Assembly: GCA_030649735.1 (NCBI GenBank)
Contig: JAUSFL010000049.1
Location: 1-39,760 of the forward strand
DNA: 39,760 nucleotides
From: Candidatus Iainarchaeum sp.
GTDB taxonomy: Archaea > Iainarchaeota > Iainarchaeia > Iainarchaeales > UBA10191
Reading direction: 5' to 3'
Part shown: positions 36,131 to 39,760 of the stretch, piece after piece
Position numbering within the stretch: the stretch's first letter is position 1
Layout: every line of letters starts with the position of its first letter
Program-made: the position numbers and the translations under genes
The notes under the pieces: generated by a model
Seen by the model: the letters and a program-made list of their open reading frames with translations, nothing else
The model's database searches: none
What the model was told of the DNA's origin: nothing

Positions 36131-37009
36131 ATGCCAAAAAAACCATTTTCTAAAAGAACGCCACAGCCAGAAAGCGGAATGCTGCGCAAAAAGCCAGGAA
36201 ACGAACCGCTAAAATCTAGCGAGCCAGAAAAGAAAATTGGGCGGAAATTTCCTAAAGAACCAATGCCTTTTGAAGAGAATGAACTGCATGAAGGCCATCC
36301 AATAGAGCAGGTTTCTTTGGGGCACGAATCAACTGCTTACCGGGCCGATAGAAGAGCAGAAAGTCAAAGCGTCAATAGCAAATGGCATAATGCAGCAGAA
36401 GAGCGGCTTAAAGGCATTAAAAGAAGAAAACGGAAAGAATTTTTTGACAAAGCAAAAGGCAAGGCAAAGCAAGTTTCAGTAAGAGCCGCCAAAGTAAGCT
36501 GGGTTGGGTTGAATACTGCGGGAAGGAAATCCCGGGAATTCCTTGCAAGAGACTGGCAAAGAACAAAGGCTGATTTTAAAGCCGCGCAAGGAAAAGTAAA
36601 ATCTGCCGGTCAAAAATTAAAGAATTCCAGAACAAAAATTGTTTCCAAATACCGTGGTTTCAAGCAAAGAAGGATTCCTGACGCTAGGATTAAAAGAGAA
36701 CTGGATTTTTTGAATTCCAGAATAAGCAAGCTTGAAGGAAAGAAAACAAATTGGGAAAAGCGTTCAAGGCTTGCTAAAGCCAGTACTTCAAAAGGCTTTC
36801 AAGAACACTTTAACCCATTGCACAAGCGTTTTTGGAGCACTCGCTCAAGACCTGTTGGCGGGGCATTAAAAGGATTCGCTGACTGGCGCGTTAGAAGAAA
36901 CCAGCAAATGATTGATTTGGAAAAAAGGCGCCGTGAAATAATAGCGCCAACTCCTCAAGCTGCACAGGAGCCAGCCAGAAAAAAGCAGAGGAAAAAGCCT
37001 CAAGAATAA
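36131..37009 (+). CDS. Hypothetical highly basic protein
   Basis: 292-aa K/R-rich ORF divergent from ftsZ. No family recognised. Confidence 0.7.
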   Translation: MPKKPFSKRTPQPESGMLRKKPGNEPLKSSEPEKKIGRKFPKEPMPFEENELHEGHPIEQVSLGHESTAYRADRRAESQSVNSKWHNAAEERLKGIKRRKRKEFFDKAKGKAKQVSVRAAKVSWVGLNTAGRKSREFLARDWQRTKADFKAAQGKVKSAGQKLKNSRTKIVSKYRGFKQRRIPDARIKRELDFLNSRISKLEGKKTNWEKRSRLAKASTSKGFQEHFNPLHKRFWSTRSRPVGGALKGFADWRVRRNQQMIDLEKRRREIIAPTPQAAQEPARKKQRKKPQE

Positions 37010-37044
37010 ATCTTTTTTTAAACAAAACCAGCCAGAATTGTTAT

Positions 37045-37320
37045 TGCGAGCTAGGCCGGGAAGTCAGCAGTTTCCTGTATCCGCAAATCTGCTTTAGGCG
37101 GGGCCGAAGCCTTTAAGGCGGCTTAAGGTTTTTTCAAAAAACTGCGGCAATGCCGCTGACCTTTTGTCCTTAAAGGCGTTTTTGCTGAAAGAACCCCGCC
37201 AGGTTCGGAAGAAAGCAACGGTAGTTCAACAAGAGCGTGCATTAAGGGAAACAAAAGCGAGGCATTCTGACAGCCAAGTTTGAAAATTTCCTTTAAGTCC
37301 ACTCGAAGGCGCGCTCGCAC
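37045..37320 (+). ncRNA. ffs: Archaeal SRP (7S) RNA
   Basis: Terminal helix TGCGAGC/GCTCGCA. Alu domain CTAGGCCGGG...CCTGTA...GGGGCCGAAG with AGCAG/CTGCT loop pairing. Helix 8 CCGCCAGG-TTC-GGAA-GAA-AGCAACGG, followed by a T-run. Confidence 0.95.
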
Positions 37321-37382
37321 TCTTTTTTCCACCGGAAAAATGCCTTAAATTCTTTTATTAATGAAAAAATTCAAATTCTATA

Positions 37383-38174
37383 ATGTTTGTCAAATTTGCT
37401 AGAATGCAAGACCAAAAAGAGCTCTTGAAACTGCTTCATGAAAAACTAGGTTCTGACAGAAAAATTGCCGCAAGCTTAAAAATCCCTAAAAGTAGCTTTT
37501 ATGAATATTCTAAAGGAGCAAGAATCCCTATTGAACGGTTCGAAAGAATTATTGAATTTCTGAGATTCGACCGAACGGATTTCAAATTTAACTTGGTTTC
37601 GGGGAAAGAGTGGCTTTCAAAAGGCGGGAGAAATTCCATTAAATCAAAGAGAAAAGCCGGCTTGCTTGATAAAAACTTTGAGAAGATGCGTTTGGTTTCT
37701 TCAAAAAGAATGCGGGAAATGCATTCGAGGTTGAAGGCGGAAAATCGAGAGAAATATTATCTAACGCAATATGAAAGATTCAAGAAAATTGGCGAGTATA
37801 AATTTAAAACTGAGAAAGGCCACTTGGTGCGAAATAGCTTGGAAAAGAAAATCGCCAACCTGCTTTTTCAAAAAGGAATATTATACAAGTATGAGCCTTT
37901 CTTGGATTTGAAAACAAAGGTTTTTTTTCCAGACTTTAAAATTGGAAATCTGATAATTGAAGCAACAATGTGGAAAGGAACTTCAAAAGCCGAGCAATTG
38001 AAAAGCAAGATTGAAAGCATGAAAAGTAATGGTTTTATGGTAGTTGTTGTCATTCCGGAACGTCTAGAAAGGTATTATAAAATTATTGAGGAATACTTAG
38101 TTAACGAGTCCGATTTGGATAACTTTTTGGAAAAGCATGCCCGGGTAGCTCAGACAAATGACAGCGTTAAATGA
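37383..38174 (+). CDS. HTH + PD-(D/E)xK-type nuclease domain protein (putative free-standing homing endonuclease), overlapping tRNA-Asn
   Basis: N-terminal HTH (DRKIAASLKIPKSSFYEY); C-terminal GHLVRNSLEKKIANLL...YKYEP...FPDFKIGNLIIEA. The last 12 codons lie in the tRNA gene. Confidence 0.72.
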   Translation: MFVKFARMQDQKELLKLLHEKLGSDRKIAASLKIPKSSFYEYSKGARIPIERFERIIEFLRFDRTDFKFNLVSGKEWLSKGGRNSIKSKRKAGLLDKNFEKMRLVSSKRMREMHSRLKAENREKYYLTQYERFKKIGEYKFKTEKGHLVRNSLEKKIANLLFQKGILYKYEPFLDLKTKVFFPDFKIGNLIIEATMWKGTSKAEQLKSKIESMKSNGFMVVVVIPERLERYYKIIEEYLVNESDLDNFLEKHARVAQTNDSVK

Positions 38175-38250
38175 TGCTTTAGTTTGGAGCAGTAGGTAGA
38201 GCACCCGACTGTTAATCGGGCGGTCGGTGGTTCAAGTCCACCCTCGGGCG
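38139..38250 (+). tRNA. tRNA-Asn (GTT) with a 39-nt intron at position 15/16 (38154-38192)
   Basis: Acceptor GCCCGGG/CTCGGGC, anticodon arm CCCGA-CTGTTAA-TCGGG, T arm GGTGG-TTCAAGT-CCACC. Removing 38154-38192 gives the D arm GCTC-AGTAGGTA-GAGC. Confidence 0.93.
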
Positions 38251-38302
38251 CTTTTCCCTTAAGTTCATTTTAAAGCTCTTTGCTCGCGTGCTATATGTAA
38301 CT

Positions 38303-39505
38303 ATGGATGATATACACAACTATGATGCCAAGCTCAACTTTTACATGCGGAAAATCAGTGAAGATACAGAGATATCTGCACTCACAAAAAGCACATTGCT
38401 TGAATACCGAGAATCATTATCAGGCAAGGCAACTCCAACTATTTGGAAAAACCTGCAAGTAATGTACGCAATTTCCAAGAAGCTAAAGAAAGAATTCAAG
38501 GATGCCTCAAAAAAAGACATTGACAAACTAGCCAATGAAATAAACTCTAACGATAAACTAACGCCTTACACCAAGCAAAAATACTTGATTTGCCTAAAGC
38601 GTTTTTACCGTTGCATTTATGGCATGCCTAAAGGCCAGTATCCAATTCAAGTTTTGGCTTTAGAAACAACTGTTTCCAGAAGCAGGCAAAGACTGCCTGA
38701 AGACTTGCTTGAGCCATTCGAAGTCAAGAAAATCATTAGTGTTGCAATGAACTCTCGTGACAGGTGCTTTGTTTCACTGCTTTTTGACTTGGGCTGCAGG
38801 ATTGGCGAGCTCGCGTCCATTGACATTAAGCACATTGAAGACAAGGAAGACTATGTTCTGGTCACAATGCCGCGCGGAAAAAACGGCCCGCACAAACTGC
38901 CAATAATTAATTCCCGCCCGTACATTCTTGAATGGCTTTCAAAGCACCCAAAACTTGACGGCGCCAACAGCCCATTATTCATTGAATTAGGAACACGCAA
39001 AGCCAAGGATCGAATGAGCTATCCCGCCATGAGGAAAATGCTGATGGTTTTAATGAGACGGTCTGGCTTGCAAAAACCAGTCAACCCGCACCATTGGCGG
39101 CATTCTGCAGCAACACTTTACGCCCGTCACTTTAGCGAGAAATCATTGGATGAATGGTTTACTTGGGGTTCTGACAAAACTAATCACAAGTACATTCACA
39201 TGTCGGGGTTAAAACTTTTGGACGAGTACTTAAAATTTTACAACAGCAGTGAAAACGTTTTGCGGATAATCAGATGCAAGTCTTGCAGCACAATTAATGA
39301 AGGAGTCCTGGAATACTGCAAGAAATGCAATTCTGCGCTCTTGCAAAAAACCATTATTTCGGGTGAAGAAAAAGAAAAAAAAGACGAAAAAGCATTGGAA
39401 TACTTGCAGTCAATGATTGTCGAAATAAAACAATTACAAGACAAAGGCATTGATTTGCAGAAATTCAACCAATTCATAGGACAATGGGCAAAAACACCAA
39501 AATAG
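38303..39505 (+). CDS. Tyrosine recombinase/integrase with C-terminal zinc ribbon
   Basis: GCRIGEL (R), RGKNG (K), HHWRHS (HxxR), FTW, KYIH (Y), CKSC...CKKC. Starts about 50 nt after the tRNA 3' end. Confidence 0.93.
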   Translation: MDDIHNYDAKLNFYMRKISEDTEISALTKSTLLEYRESLSGKATPTIWKNLQVMYAISKKLKKEFKDASKKDIDKLANEINSNDKLTPYTKQKYLICLKRFYRCIYGMPKGQYPIQVLALETTVSRSRQRLPEDLLEPFEVKKIISVAMNSRDRCFVSLLFDLGCRIGELASIDIKHIEDKEDYVLVTMPRGKNGPHKLPIINSRPYILEWLSKHPKLDGANSPLFIELGTRKAKDRMSYPAMRKMLMVLMRRSGLQKPVNPHHWRHSAATLYARHFSEKSLDEWFTWGSDKTNHKYIHMSGLKLLDEYLKFYNSSENVLRIIRCKSCSTINEGVLEYCKKCNSALLQKTIISGEEKEKKDEKALEYLQSMIVEIKQLQDKGIDLQKFNQFIGQWAKTPK

Positions 39506-39760
39506 TCATTTTCCCAAAACGCAAATTGTTCTTTTTGTTTTTCTTTTTTCCCCGCCAACCACGATTGTTTTATTCTGGTCATCCACTATCGGATGCTCTT
39601 CATGGCCAGGGTATTCAAAAGCAGCAAGCAATTCACCATACAGTACTCCACAAACTTCATTGACTCTAATAATATCGCCGTTGCCGGCTTCCACGTCAAT
39701 AATTGCAAAACGATTACTGTCAGTCAAGTCAAAGCCTTGCTTTGCAGAAATCACGCACTT
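39506..39760 (-). CDS. 3' end of a hypothetical protein (truncated by window end)
   Basis: Frame is open to the window end; convergent with and abutting the integrase stop. Confidence 0.55.
   Translation of the reverse strand, partial: KCVISAKQGFDLTDSNRFAIIDVEAGNGDIIRVNEVCGVLYGELLAAFEYPGHEEHPIVDDQNKTIVVGGEKRKTKRTICVLGK

Larger units (their letters stand above)
38251..39760. mobile_element. Left end of a putative integrated element at tRNA-Asn
   Basis: Integrase immediately 3' of a tRNA. The second att site is not within the window. Confidence 0.6.

Noticed and set aside
37123-37332. 69-aa minus-strand ORF
   Set aside because: Antisense shadow of the SRP RNA.
37321-38138. Nuclease ORF as cargo of a large tRNA intron or a split tRNA
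   Set aside because: No tRNA fragment is visible upstream of the ORF, and the complete 5' exon lies at 38139-38153.

Overview
Archaeal chromosomal window of about 40% GC, most likely DPANN (Iainarchaeota/Diapherotrites-like). The taxon is an inference from gene content: FEN-1, aMBF1, eL40/eL41, a DGGGP synthase-like UbiA, an archaeal SRP RNA and many basic orphan ORFs. The left end holds a dense toxin-antitoxin island (about 1.5-5.6 kb) with operator-like palindromes and a 63-bp duplication scar. The middle is mostly housekeeping and metabolic genes (glnA, gdhA, ABC-F, YjjX, S2P, RbgA-type GTPase, ferredoxin, a degenerate FtsZ). It also contains tRNA-Glu with a decayed integrase stub and a foreign-looking lipoprotein gene, plus an unannotated structured RNA candidate between fen1 and mbf1. 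The right end is the most unusual part. An SRP RNA lacking helix 6 is followed by an HTH + PD-(D/E)xK nuclease gene whose reading frame runs into a tRNA-Asn gene and stops inside its 39-nt D-loop intron; splicing would recreate an in-frame TAG. A tyrosine integrase follows and marks the edge of an integrated element. All calls come from reading the sequence and recognising motifs; no searches were run.
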